Of a stretch of 64,000 nucleotides of DNA, positions 23,828 through 37,369 are shown one piece after another. The first letter of the stretch is position 1, and every line of letters begins with the position of its first letter. This DNA is from Stegostoma tigrinum. Taxonomy: Eukaryota. The notes below the pieces were generated by a model. It saw nothing but the letters and a program-made list of their open reading frames with translations. It made no database searches and had not been told where the DNA came from. The stretch covers positions 90,566,835 through 90,630,834 of the forward strand of contig NC_081356.1 in the NCBI RefSeq assembly GCF_030684315.1. Reading direction: 5' to 3'. Position numbers and translations under genes: made by a program.

Positions 23828-24837
23828 CTAGGGAAGGCAGCAGACATTTTAAAACAGAAAATATGGAGCAGATCTAAAGATCTAACAGATAAACACTTTT
23901 CACTGTAAGGAATCAGTTCCACCTGGGCACTCTTATATACTTGGACATTTGTACCAATTTAATTACTTAGTAAATTTGGTGTATGTTTGTGGAAGTCAGT
24001 AAATGATGATTCTAAGCACTCTTGTGAAACACATGATCATTACAATACTCCCAATGGCACCTCTTGAATCTGTAGCATGCATTATTTCTACTTTTTGCCT
24101 TTGATTTGCAGGAAAAATTATCGTCAACTGGCATTTCTCGGAAATCTATTCTGAAAACTCCACCAGTTGTTAATGCTTGTTTTTATTATTATGTGCAATC
24201 ATGCATTTTGGCAGGAGAGATCTGCCTCACACATCAATGCTTGTGTGTAAAGAATTTGAAGGAAAGTGTTCAGCTGTCTAGTGGCACTAGTGATAGGTGA
24301 GTGGGTGGGAATTTGGCAGGAGCCTGACAGTAAATCCAACAAGGCTGGTACTTCTCATCAAAATCTGTTGCTGTAGTGGGCCAACAGAAACAGCCTTACT
24401 TTATTGGAAGAAGCCATGATGCACTAGCCCACACTTCTACTGCCAGAGTAGCGGTTAAAGGAAGAAATAACTGTCATTTAAATTACATCCTTCATGAGAG
24501 GCAGCTGGATGTTATAGATTGCCATACCATCTAAAACCTGTTACTGCAATACTAAGATAAATAATGTTTAGGTAGGGATTATATAAATAAAGTGTTGGGG
24601 CTCTGGTAGTGATGTCTCCATCTTAGTGGCATGTTAAACCTCAGTTTCCACCAGGACATCTAATAAAGAACCTCTTAAATTTAGTGGCTGGTCCAATTCA
24701 TGCACAAATTGGATGAATACTGTTCAAGTACTCAGCTGCTATATCTTGGGCTCTATTATCGCAAATATAGATGAAAAAAATGGGAAATGTCAAGATAAAT
24801 CCACTCAAGCAATTTGAAATATGAATTTTTGAGATGA

Positions 24838-25452
24838 TGCTATGGCTTTAAGATGTCTATTTTATCCTTTTTTTTAAAAGAAAGGTTTTAAGGCAGAGGT
24901 ATCAAGCAGCCTGTCAGAGCCACCAGAGCAAACAGCTTGTGAGGCCTTGGGGATTTTGTTTTTAAGTTAGAACAATAGAAGCAGCCTGAATGGATGTGGT
25001 CAAGCTCTCACAAAACCACGATTTTTGGCTTTAACTTTAACAGTTGCTGTTGGGGTCTTGAAGAAGTGAAAGCTCCTCAAAACCCGCAAGTGAAAGCTAC
25101 TTTTTCCCTCTTTGTTTCAGCCAAAAGCTGGACGTTCTCTTCCTGCTACTGGAGTTGCATGTGAGACAATCTGTTCAATGAATTTGCCTTTTGCCCAAGG
25201 ATATGTTTTTGGCATGTTACCATATAGTTACTGTATTTATTATTCTATTAAGTTTTCCAATGGAGGTGCTATTCCAATTCCTTTCTTTCATTGTATTTTA
25301 ACTACAGTTCATGAGTAAAGTGTGTTTTGTTTTAAATCAAATAGTTTGACTAATCAAATTGCATCTATGATGCAAACACTTTAAAATAAGAAAAAGTAAG
25401 CGTCTGGATTATCTTCAGAATATTTTGAGGGGGTTTGGTCTGGCTTATAATG
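24838..25452 (+). mobile_element. Probable solo LTR
   Basis: Degenerate TG(T)TATG...ATAA(CA) termini and internal AGTAAA. The 3' half is similar to 59091-59707. Confidence 0.55.
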
Positions 25453-27970
25453 TCTTTAAATCTAAGTAAACTCACCTGACTAAGAAGTTCATTTAACAAA
25501 AATAATTCTCAACATATTTTTCCTTAACAGGAAGTAATTAATGGATTATTTGTGTTGCATCAGGGAAACTGATCTGTTTGTTTGCAGTCCTTTGGAACTC
25601 TGGTGGAAAGACACGCTAACAGTCACTTTAAATAGGCTCTTGTCAATTAATTTGTCAATGTAGATCAGAACTCACATTGACAAATACAGCAATTCTTTCA
25701 CTTGATAAATGAATTCAGGAATATTGACTCAACTGCAGGCATTATAAAGCCCCCTTGAGTTTGTCATGCTCAAAGTCTCAAAAGGGCAATGTACAAAATG
25801 CTGTATGAGAGAAACTGCATTTGAAAAAAAAAATCTGCCCCAAATATTTTGGATGAACTACAGAATTCTGCCAAATTGCCTAGTTTTGAAGAGAACTTGT
25901 GGACATTTTTAAAAATCTTGTTCTGTTTCACCAGACTAATCAGGCATGCATTGTGAATAACTTGCCAGCTGGTAGAATCAAATAACATGAAAGTCACTGG
26001 CAGAGCCTGCTCTGACTTAAATAACAGTCAGAATCCTTTTAGGTGAGAAGGTCAGGTCATCTATTCTACAATTCCTACATTTTTGTCATTATTATATGCT
26101 GAGCAGAATTTCCCTGTAGTCCATAGAATCTGTTAAGACTGACAGAAATAGTTTGCTAGTAGATTAGCAATTTCTATCCTTTATCAAAATATTTTCGTTG
26201 CACAATTTACATACAATCATTTGTTGCAATAGAGAACGTATTTTACCAGAGCTGGTTAGTGTTTCTACATGCCTCAGCATGAAGACATCACCTACGATGG
26301 CCAAAATGTTTCTTGTTCTGTTGCCAGAAGAATATAACAAATTTCATTTGTAGGTTGACAGTAAGAACTATGATGTCCCACCAAGAGGGCGAGTTTAAAT
26401 GTGCATTGCCACATAACCATCACGATAAAAAGGATTAAACTATTTCAATAACTGGCTATGCTAAAGTACTTGTGCAGTACAATAAAAGTAGCCAGGTGTG
26501 TTTGTTGGCAACTGTTTCCTAATGAGAACCCTATGTTTTGCTGTAAGCTGTAATACACAGTTCTCACAGGATTAAACTGCCTGGAAAGGCAATCGAGTGC
26601 AATGAAAGTGGACGCCTAAAACACTGTCTAAGTGTATAAAAACAATACTAAATGCTAGTCTAGTTCTTAAATGTACAAGAGCTGACAAATGCCTCAGGGA
26701 AAAGAAAATGAAAAAGCCTTCAGGAGTATCATTTCATAGAGAGGATTATAGGCCCAGTGTTAATATCCATGAAGCTGCCATAAAGTTAATTTCTACAATA
26801 CTACTCCATGACGATTAGATTTTACCATTCTCAAAGTTTGACTTTTTAAATTTTTTTTGAGCCTGTTGGATTTTCAAAAGGAATGTGTTGACAATTAATA
26901 CAGGAGAAAAGTACTTTTTTAAAGGACTGTTACATATTAGAAGACTTTGAGGTACTTTGGGAAGTTTAATAAAGAGATTTGAGCAGAAAGACGTTATCAT
27001 ATTCATGATCAGGCTTGCTGGTTGATGGTGCATTATATAACAAATGTTCATTTTAGAATCTGAAAAATTGCTTCTGCTGCGTGTTAAACTTTTAAAGCTG
27101 ATTCAGCATAAGCTACTGATTTACAGAGAAGACTACGGTGGGCTTGTTGGCAGAAATAATTTATTTTCTGCTTTTATTGACATTATGGGCATGATGATAC
27201 TTGCTTATAGTTATTTGTTTTTCCCAGGAATATAGGAACTGGCGGAGGCCATTCATCCCCTTGAGGCTGCTCCACCGTTCTATATCATGACTGAACACTC
27301 ATACGTACCTTATTCTTGTGCTATCGCCATATCTATCTAATCTGTCTTGAACTTAATAAAAGACAGAACAATGGAAAATGTGCATATATTGCATGCCACT
27401 TGCTGTCTATGTATTATTGACTATAAGACCTAAGGCCCAAGTATCCAAACACAGATTTCATAATAACTTAATCCACAAGCGCTTGAGGAATCTGGCACCA
27501 GCATGCCTGATGCTTGGTAGGCTCATTAGAGTTGTCAATTTAATGTAAATTAGACAAGGTGATTATGATACACTTAAAGTACCTCAACGGTTCTCTAATC
27601 TCAGTTTTCATAATAGATGCAAACTGTATGGATCACTTCTTGCTTTTAGCTGGGTTTTTCTTTTCTAAAGATGCATAGATTTTTGCTCAGTTGTTTTTGG
27701 TTCACTGTTACTCTATATTTTGTGCCCGATGGAAAAGTAATGAATTTCTGAGTCTTACTGGACTGCACTGTAAGCTGTTTGCTTTGTAAATGGTCTTTAT
27801 GTGATAAGGTTGGGAGGATCTAGGAGTATCTATAAGAGCAAACCTTCTGTTCCAGCTTAGAAGAAGGGTGGAAATCACAGGAGGCAGACATGTCAAATAC
27901 ATATTATGTTTTATAATGCTTCTAAGAAGTGTCTTATTTCATTAAATGCACTATCTAAATATTCAGTTTT

Positions 27971-28490
27971 TATTATGATCATGTGAGAAAGGGCTGGCAG
28001 TCTCAGCTCTTTTCCACACCTCATTTTGACTGCAACAGTTTTATTGAGAACAGGATAATTCAATGAGTATTTAACTGCTTAAATGCTATGATCATAAGAA
28101 AAAAGCATGACAGATGTTCTTTAATTTTTACAAAAAAAGAGTAATTTTATTGTACTTAACCCAATTTAAGTAAAATGTTATAACCAGTATTCAGACTTTC
28201 ACACAGGTGCATACTTGAAGATCACACTCAGAAAAATAGTTTAAAGAGGTGCAGAAGAGGTTAACTGATACAGGCATCCAGTCGAAGTAAAGATACATAT
28301 GGGTCTTGAAGTTTGATGATTTGGCTTGCTTCATGCTGAACTTTAGAGGCCTTCAACCTTTAGTTTTGAAGTGTTTTAAAGATGTAGTTGGATGACTTAT
28401 CTGTTCTTCTGTATGATATAAACAAATTGCTTGTGTTACCTGGAAGACTAAATTAGCAGATAAGATTCAGAAATATCTCATTGTCTGGAC

Positions 28491-28521
<31 letters not shown>

Positions 28522-29031
28522 AAGAAAGAGTGAGAGTGTGTGAGAGAGGGCGTAACAGAGATAAAGAGAAAAAAATCATGTTGGGTCTTACTCCTTTGGC
28601 ATCACTATTGTTTGTCACATGACTTTCCCTCTCCAACTGGTTAACAACACAAATATGCTAACGTATTTCAGTTTGCCAACATGTTAAAATCATGTCTAAG
28701 CACATTCATTTGCCCCATTGTCCAAACAATTATGCTTAATTATCTGACTCCCCTCAATTGAGCATTCAGGTGTTTACCCTGATGTTTTGCCAGTAGTGTA
28801 GGAGATGGTCCCCCTTCATACTGCTATGAGATAATTTTTTGTGACGTTTTGAAGACAGGTTGTCTCTATTTGAATGTGATTTGAATTAAAAAGTACAGCG
28901 TTGCAAATGTTCACCCAACTTTGACTGTGGATCATAAGTTGCTGGGTTACGGCTTTTAGTCTTTTAAACACTTTCAGGGGTTTTCAGCGAGTAAATCCAA
29001 GTTTTTATTTATAAGGCATGGCTTCATACAA
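27971..29031 (-). mobile_element. Possible solo LTR
   Basis: Degenerate inverted termini T(A)TTATGA...TCATACA around a roughly 1-kb block that contains an (AG)n tract. Confidence 0.35.
28491..28517. repeat. (AG)n microsatellite
   Basis: Perfect AG run of about 13 units. Confidence 0.97.
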
Positions 29032-29204
29032 TGTTGCAAACATATTCATAAAGACTGCTCATTCTTTTTTAATAGTTTTATTACATTTTATCATATTTCA
29101 GGAGCTATGTAAATACAAATTATTGTATTTTTTGCAACCAAACTTAACTTAGTAATTCAAACCACCTGACTGTATGAATTTTATACAATAGAGAAAACCC
29201 TTAC

Positions 29205-29291
29205 TTCATCATTGTTCTAGAAAGTAGCAAAATGTACTGACAGCTTTCCTGCTTTGCTTTATACTGTTCCTCATAAAGGTTGACTGCGAGC
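29205..29291 (-). CDS. Candidate 87-nt exon (or 12-nt microexon 29205-29216 sharing the donor)
   Basis: Acceptors ctgttttccag and ttttgctactttctag with donor GAA|gtaagg. The 87-nt form is open in phase 2 (LAVNLYEEQYKAKQESCQYILLLSRTMM) and the 12-nt form reads NNDE in phase 0. Confidence 0.25.
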
Positions 29292-30586
29292 CTGGAAAAC
29301 AGTTTATACCTAACAAAGGCCTCAGCAACTGAGTAATAAAGGAATGTCAAAATGTTCACATTTCACACACAGATGTATAGCCCAAAAGTGCTATAAGGAG
29401 GTACATTGTGCTTTTTGGCTTTGGTAAGACTATAACAGTTGCCAGTAGGACCTTGGCCTATTGGCCATGTTAATCAGCACCCCTGTAAATAATTCAGCAA
29501 TATCTTTATTGTCCAAAAAAAGAGAAATATGTATCTATCTTTCAGTTTGAAGCAGTTTCTCTCAGGTTCAACTTCTTAAGGATGTGGGCTTTGGCCAGCG
29601 TTATGGGGCCACAGAATACCTGAATTTAGTTTCTAGCTCTTCCCCAGCACATACAAGTTATTTTTCATGAGGTTCACATTTGAAATTAGCTATGGTAATG
29701 TTTACAACACTTTCTATCAGGAGAAACTATTTTACATACTTCACTGCTAGGAAGATACTATGCACCCAAAATCCATTGAACAAAGATTATTCAAGTGGAA
29801 TAAGAAAATGGTTCACTGCCATTTAAAGGGGCTACAAAAAAAAAATAATCAGAGCCTCTGCTGTGATGCTCGTTTTAAAGCACTCTTGAGAGCACTTGCA
29901 GGAATTATTAGAACAATAATTATTCAATAGAAATGTTTTACAAATTGTGGAAATTCATTGAGGGTTGAACAAAATTATAGCAATCTTTTTACCCTTTTTA
30001 ATAAGTAGGGGTCTTGTTCAATGACACTGTAGCATATTATTTGACTATTAATTCATAAATTCTTGTGAAATTGATTGTTTTCTCCACTGCAAAGCACATA
30101 CTTCTAAGAAATAACTGCCATTTACTGAAGAGGCTGTGACTGAAGTGATTAACTTATGGTTAAACCAATAGTTCAGCTGCAAGCCATTTCAGAACTCCAT
30201 CCATTTGCAGATTATTTCAAAATGGTCACTGAAATAACCTTTCAGATATCATGCAGTCCTAAATATTCATCAACCTTTAGTTATTTACTCATTTTCTATG
30301 AGCAGATTAGGTTTCTTATTGTGAAAATATTTTCAATACTTGGGTTAATTTGGCCAGATATGTCGAATGTACCAGAAATATTCTGAATTTGGGAAAATTC
30401 TTTGTCATGTTAGATAGCTTATGTCATGAATCACACCCCACCTGACAACCCTGTGTCTGCTACTGCCTCCTCAATGCCCACTATAGCCGAGCATCTTATC
30501 CTTGTTGGATGTGGAGCTATCACATATGGGAAAGCTTTTAAATTCTTCAAAATAAATACCAACAGCAAAAGCAGACTGCTTTTTAG

Positions 30587-31532
30587 AGTCAACATGATTT
30601 GGATGAAGGAGTGGAAGGGTGGATTAGTAAGTTCATGGATGAAACAAAGGTGGGTTGTGTTGTGGAAAGTGTGGAGAGGTCTTCTGAGTTACAAGGGACA
30701 TTGATCGGATGCAGAGCTGGGCCGAGAAGTGGCAGATGGAGTTTAACCCTGAAAAGTGTGGGATGATTCATTCTGCAAGGAAAAACTTGAAAGCAGAATA
30801 TAGGGTTAACAGAAAAATTTTTGGAAGTGTGGAGGAGGACAGGGGTCTTGGGGTTCATGTCCACAGTTTCCTGAAAGCTGACACCCAGGTGGATAGAGTT
30901 GTAAGGAAGGTGTACGGTGTGTTAGCTTTCATTAATAGAGGGATTGAGTTCAAGAGCCATGAAGTTATGCTCCAGCTATACAAAAGCCTGTTTTGGCCAC
31001 ATTTGGAATATTGTGTCCAGTTCTGGTCGCTTCATTACAGGAAAGATATGAGACCGTTGGAAAAGGTGCAGAGGAGATTTACCAGGATGTTGCCTGGAAT
31101 GGAGGGAAGGTATAATGAAGTAAGGTTGAGAGAGCTAGGGCTTTTCTCTTTAGAACGATGAAGGATGAGAGGTGACTTGATAGAGGTGTACAAAATGATC
31201 AGAGGTATAGGTAGGGTAGACGGCCAGAGACTTTTTATTTATGAGGGGGCATAATTTTAAAGTGAGTGTAGGTAGCTATCAGGGAGACGTCCGAGGTAGG
31301 TTCCTTACTCAGAGAGTGGTCAGGGCGTGGAATGCATTGCCAGAGCGGGTAGTAGAGTCAGCCTCATTAGGGACATTTAAGCAGCTATTAGATAGGTATA
31401 TGGATAATAATATAAGTTAGGGTTGGAGGTTAGATAGACCTCAGAATTGGGGTAAATGTTTGGCATAACATTGTGGGCCGAAGGGCCTGTACTGTGCTGT
31501 ACTGTTGTACGTTCAATGTTCTATGTTCTATG
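30587..31532 (+). mobile_element. 5'-truncated CR1/HER1-type LINE
   Basis: WAEKWQMEFNPEKC...PHLEYCVQFWS...LEKVQRRFTRMLPG...LGLFSLER, with tail (GTTCTAT)n. Confidence 0.93.
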
Positions 31533-31854
31533 TGATCACTGCAACCAGCTCTTATCCATTGGAAGTGGGTGTCAATTAAATCCTGCTAGGCTTATATCAC
31601 CAACACTATTGCTCTCTACCATGCAGAAGTTGATGTCCCTCCTGCTCAGTGGCCTTATCTTTTTCTTTTTTCTCTTTGGAAGTCTGATCCTACTCTCCCA
31701 GCTCATCAGCTTCAATCATATTCTTTCTTTTCCAGTCCTGGTTGTGCAAAGATTCTTATATTATTTGGCACACTTTTTTGCTGGACTGTTCTGTAAAGAC
31801 CCAGACCCATCCAAGCAGCAGAACCTGATCTTCAGTAGCCTTTTGTTCCCTCCA

Positions 31855-32560
31855 CCATGAACCTTGTCGAAGAATGGATTGCATTGTATCTATGCTCCAC
31901 TTTAGTCAGGTGTTTACATAGGAGAGTCATCAACTGTCATTGCAGTGGGTAGCCCTGGTGCCCCAATAACCATCTTGCAAGACATCTGGCCCCTGGAAAG
32001 TAGGAACATGAGAATTCTCAAAGAGATAAGCATCATGGCAGCTGGAATATGGTGCAGACTTCTAAGATGTGCTACTAATGATTGCTGAATACTTGCACAC
32101 TGATGGAATGGAAACCCCTCCTGTTGATGAACTCAGCGACATTATGACATTAGTCTCTCAGTGTAATGTGCCCAGTCTATAATGTCCTGCATCAAAGGAA
32201 AGCCCACTATCTTTGCAAAGCCTATTGTTCTGGATGCAGTACTGACCTTTCACATGGGAATTAGATGAAACAGCATGATCTGACATAGGTAACAGCCTTA
32301 ATAAATTTGTGGGTGGATGTTTGAGGGATCCCACATATAGGTGGATAATCGAGGGACCCCTTAGAAGGAACCAATTACATAAAAGTTTACCACATCTGTT
32401 AGGTTGATGACCACTGGGATAGGATGGCCACCTACTCCTTCAGGTCACAGGACCTGCTCCACCAGTTGGCACAGTTCTGTGACAGTGTCCCAGGACATCC
32501 TCAGACTGCACTGATATTGTGCCTCAGATATCCAGAAAGACTGGCATTGAAGATGAAAAT
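31855..32560 (-). mobile_element. Decayed PIF/Harbinger transposase remnant
   Basis: Collinear minus-strand fragments LRMSWDTVTELCQLV, ICGIPQTSTHKFIKAVT, GFPLMQDIIDWAH, GYPLQ*QLMT and EHRYNAIHSSTR match HARBI1-family motifs. Confidence 0.75.
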
Positions 32561-33724
32561 CTCTGGCCCTCTGTACCTCCTTTGCAGACTGAGGGGACTT
32601 ACAGTTGTGACCTTTTCATGTGGAAGCTGCCCAGAAGCTACTGGTTCTGGGATAGCTGACAAATCTTGTGTTCCTCCTTCCTTTCTCTGCAGCTTTGTTA
32701 CACAACAGCAACTGTGATGATAACCCTGCTTTGGCTGGATTCATTAATATCATTTACAATGAACCTGTGTGGGGGGATCTCAAGAAACAGAGCAGATTCT
32801 TAGTAAAGTGTGCGTCAGCATTTGTATCACTCACAAATGGTGGTTTAACATAATCCTCTGTGCAATGGGACATGATGTACTCCAAGAAGGATGGCCATAG
32901 AATCCCCTTGGTGTGACACTTTGACACTGGACTTTAATCCAACAACCCAGCACTGGCCAAGTTACAGAGATTGCAGGAGATTTAGCTGCTGCATTAGGAC
33001 TGAGACCTTGCCGTCCAAGCACCAAGAAAGGCATCATTTCACATAAGAGCATGTTGCAGAGTACTTAAAGTTCGAAGTAAGAGGAAATCAGTACCATGAC
33101 CCACTGCACCTTATGTAATGCTACACTTTGTGGCCCTCGTGTGCAGCCCTTAAGGTGGTCTGTGATTACTTTTTTTCCTAGATATAATTATCATCAATTT
33201 GCAATGACCAATAACATGGCCAAGAGTGCTTGCGACCAGCATGTGCACTCTACATAGTTAGATACTGCATGTATTTCACATTCACAATGTTATAGATACA
33301 GATTACAGTTGTTGATGGAAGTGCCTTTTGTCACTCCTAAGTGGTACCTGGCATTCAAGGTTGAGGTTGGAGGAACAGGTGATGCACTGCAATCAACAGG
33401 CAACAGCACTGAATTTCATGCCTGTAATTGTTTCTATCTAGTTTCTATCCAATGGCTCGGAAAATGGGAAACTACATATTAATGAGGTGAGAATGGGTAA
33501 GAATAAGTTGTTAATGCATGCAGATCCATGCAAATAGGCCTCTACCTGCTTACTAGTGAGAAACCTGTCTTGCTCTTCAATATATGATTGGAAAATGGGA
33601 TTTTTTGTTATGATATTGAGAAGCTCCTTGCTTGCTATCTTACACTACCTTTCCAACTTTTTCATCAAGACCCATGTTGTTCAGAGACTGGGATGATTCT
33701 GTCCCTTGTTTAATTAATAAGTAA

Positions 33725-34125
33725 TTCATAGGGTCATAAAATCACACAGTCTGGAATCAGATGTTTTGGTCCAACTTGTCTGCCCTGAACATACTTTGCA
33801 ATCTGACTTAGTCCCATTCACCAGGATATCTGGAAAATACACCTCTAAACTCTTCCAATTCATATGTCCATCCAATTGCCTTTTAAATAATATAATTGTT
33901 CCAGCCTCCACCATTACCTCTGGCAGCTCATTCCATACATGCACCACCCTCTGCAAATGAAAGCTACTCTTCAGGTCCCTTTTAAACCTTACCCCTCTCA
34001 CCTTAAACCTATGCCCTCTAGGTTTGGACTCACCCACCCTAGGAAGAAGGCCTTGGCTATTCACCCTACCCATGCCCCTCATGATTTTATAAACTTCTTT
34101 AATGTCACCCCTCAGCCTTCGATGA
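33725..34125 (-). mobile_element. CR1-type LINE 3' end
   Basis: RRLRGDIKEVYKIMRG...RVVHVWNELPE...FKRQLD. Confidence 0.9.
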
Positions 34126-34928
34126 TTCATTCAGCAACAAATCAATGTATTTGATTTAAATAAGATTACCTTTCTCCAACTATATGAGGACACACACAGT
34201 CCATTTCTCTTCTTTTTGACAAACATTGTACACACATTAGCCAGTGCTTTTCAAACATTTGTGTCTGGACCTTTGCAACTTATAATTGGAAATGGATTAA
34301 GGTTAAGTCCAGCAACTGCAGGCCCATCATTTTAACCTCAGTGATGTGCAAGCTTTCAGAAACGATAATTTGGGATAAAATTACCAATGTTCAGACAAAT
34401 GTTGATGAATTAAGGAGAGCAAACATAGATTTGCTAAGGGAAAATTAAGTGTAACTAGTTTGATTGAGTGTTTTGGTGAGGAAACAGAGAGGATTGGAGT
34501 TTTGTCCAGTTGTCAAGATAGAAAAAAGGCATTTGATAAGGGTGTCACATATCACCAAATTATTGGTGATAAATCAGTTTAAAAGGGACAATGGCAAAAA
34601 TGTTTGGATGCATGAGTGGCAGCAAACAGAATAATGAATGGTTGTTTTTCAGCTTGGAATATGTAAAGTATGTAAATGGTATAGAGTTGGGATACTGAGA
34701 GTCCTCATCATTGACTCCAACCCAATGAAGTGGGGTCAAACATGGGCAAAGAAATCGCCTGCTGATTACCACTTAGTGTTCCCCTTTGGCCAATGAATGA
34801 ATACGTATTCATATTGACAACCACTGAGTGTGGAAATGGCATAAAACGTATTCTTGTTGAGGGACTTCAATGTCCAATATCAAGAGTAGCTTGGCAGCAC
34901 AATAGCTGATCAAGTCCTACAGATGGTA

Positions 34929-35071
34929 GATAACAAAGTGTGCAGCTGGATGAACACAGCAGGCCAAGCAGCATTTCAGGAGTGCTCCTGGGATGCTGCT
35001 TGGCCTGCTGTGTTCATCCAGCTACACACTTTGTTATCTTGGATTCTCCAGCATCTGCAGTTCCCATTATC
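34929..35071. mobile_element. Short PLE family A fold-back element
   Basis: Inverted arms. Imperfect 16-bp TSD CCTA(C/T)AGAT(G/A)GTAGAT at 34916-34931 and 35072-35087. Confidence 0.88.
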
Positions 35072-35149
35072 CCTATAGATAGTAGATTGGGTCTGCATGA
35101 AATGGTAATGGAACCGTCAAGAGGGAATACTTGTAACTTGGATTGTGGG

Positions 35150-35668
35150 TGGGATTGTTGATTTGTTCGCTGAGCTGATAGTTTGGCTTGTCACCATTCT
35201 AGGTAACATCATCAGTGTGCCTCTGATGAAGAATTGTTTATCTGTCCCACTTGTTATTTATGTGGTCAGGTTTGATGTGGTGGTTGGCCTCATTTCTGGT
35301 TCTGCTTCGTGGTGATTGGTAGATGGGGTCTGTTTCCACATGTTTCCATACACTCAGACAAAGAAGGCCACCAATTCAACTGGGACACCTTAACCATCCT
35401 AGGACAAGCCAACCAAAGACATGCTTGGGAATTCCTGGAGGCCTGGTACTCAACTCCATCAACAAACATGTGGAAATAGACACCATATACCAACCACTAC
35501 GAAGTAGAACTGGAAATGAGGCCAACGACCACATCAAACTGGACCGCGTAAATAATAAGTGGGACAGGCCAACAACACTTTATTGGAGGCGCACTGAAGA
35601 TGTTACCTAGTACAGTGACAACATGTCTAAAAAAACCTTACCAGTTCAGTGAACAAATCAGTAACCCC
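35150..35668. mobile_element. PLE family D (Penelope/Poseidon-type), inverted two-arm fragment
   Basis: The plus arm encodes GHQFNWDTLTILGQANQRHAWEFLEAWY..SINKHVEIDTIYQPL, a GIY-YIG C-terminus. Bases 35150-35345 are its inverted copy. Confidence 0.8.
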
Positions 35669-36479
35669 ATCAAGAGGGAAAATAACTTAATTCATTTTGT
35701 CTTCACCAGGCTACTTGCTGCACATACATTCATCCACGACAGTATCAGTAAGAGTAAGTATTGCACAGTTCTTGTGGAAACAAAGTCCAATCTTCACATT
35801 GAGGATACCCTCTATCATGTTATGTGGTTCTATCACTGCCCTCAATGGAACACGCTCGAACAGACCTAGTGACTCACAACTAGGCATCCATGTGCTAGTG
35901 CGTGTCATCAGAACAGCAGAATTGTATTCAAGCATATTCTGTAACTTCTTGTGCTGACATTCTCCCCACTCTTTGATTACTATCTTGTTGGGAGATCAAG
36001 TCTGGTTCAGTGAAGAGTGTGGGAGAGCACGCCAGTGGTAGCACTGAGCATATTCAAATATGAGAACTACTTGCATGTTAAACAGCAGAAATAGTATGTA
36101 ATAGACAGGTTTAAACAATCCCATAACTAATGGATCAGATCTAAAATATGCAGTCATACCACATCCCATTGTAATTACTGGTGGAAAATAATGCAGTTAA
36201 AAGGAGGGGGAAAGTCCTCAAATAGCTGAAATCCAAGGATAAGGTGAGAATGAAGGCCCTTGACATCAAGGCAACATTTGCCAGAGTATGGCGCCAAGGA
36301 GCCCCAATAAAACTAGAGTCAATGGGAACAAGGGGGTAAGCTCCCCGCTAGTTTGTCATACCTGATATGAAAAAGGAGGATTTTTCTTCTTGGAGGTCAG
36401 TTATTTCAGTTCCAGGACATTTCTACAGTGCTTTTGAAACGACATATTTTCACCTTATTATGTTGACAGAGCCTACACC

Positions 36480-37330
36480 AGTGTCTATCACATTACCTAC
36501 ATTTCATCCCTTGCCTTCCCTCCCACAGCCACAATGCTTTTTCCATCATGCTAAACTTGCACTCTACCAGATTAAGTGGGTAATGGATCATTTTCTACCA
36601 CTTCTGCCATAGTGAGCCTTCACCAACCATATTTTGCATCCCTTGTCAACATTCCAATGAGACCATTCATTCTGTGTTACTTTGATCCATTTCTTACTTA
36701 TCTCCAACACCTTGACCCCTTCCAATGCACCTTTCTATGAGAACATAGGGGATGTAATAATTACTGTTTTACTTCATGTCTTTTCACTGTTCAGTGCCCA
36801 AATAATTCTTCCAGCTGAAGCAATGATTCACGTGTACTTCTTTCAATGTTATCTATTGTACTTACTGTTCTCAGTGGCTCCTCGTTTTTCTTTCATTCGG
36901 GAAACTAAAGACAAATTCAACAAGTGAATGACAGAACACTTCTGTTCAGTCCAGAAGCATGGCCTTGTGTTCCACTGTCCTGTCAATTTAATTCTTTATC
37001 CTGCTATCATGCTGATATCTCTGAAAACAGCCTGTTGCACTCTGTCAATGAAGCTCAAAATAAGTTTGAAGAACAGCACCTTATCTTTCAATTAGGTAAT
37101 TAAAAGCCTTCTGGACTTAATCATGAGTTCAGAAATTTCAGATCATAATCTTTGCCCCTTCTCTCTTTTACGGATTTTGTTTTTTTCTCCGATTGTATTG
37201 GTCTTTCTCAGCAACGCACTTTCTCTAGACACATCTTTCATTTCTTTGTTTCTTTTATTGCCTCGTCACGATTTCCTTTGATCCTGGAAGACCAAACCTT
37301 CTGTTGTACAATCCCTCCTGCCTTTTGCCC
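36480..37330 (+). mobile_element. Old, highly decayed PLE fragment
   Basis: Remnants FTCTSFNVIYC, FIRETK and KFEEQHLIFQLG parallel the family A endonuclease C-terminus. Confidence 0.7.
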
Positions 37331-37369
37331 TGTCACAGACCATCAACATCAGGATGTTATTTTCTGGGA

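Larger units (their letters stand above)
34290..36430 (+). mobile_element. Mosaic of old CR1-clade LINE fragments hosting two PLE insertions
   Basis: Remnants AACTGCAGGCCCATCATTTTAACCTCAGT (NYRP.SL motif), GGGACTTCAATGTCCA (GDFN) and CTTGACATCAAGGCAACATTTG (LDIKAAF motif). Confidence 0.6.

Noticed and set aside
25468-25495. Recursive splice site (cttcttagtcag|gtgagt, minus strand)
   Set aside because: The pyrimidine tract is weak, and a similar motif occurs on the opposite strand at about 26040, consistent with chance.
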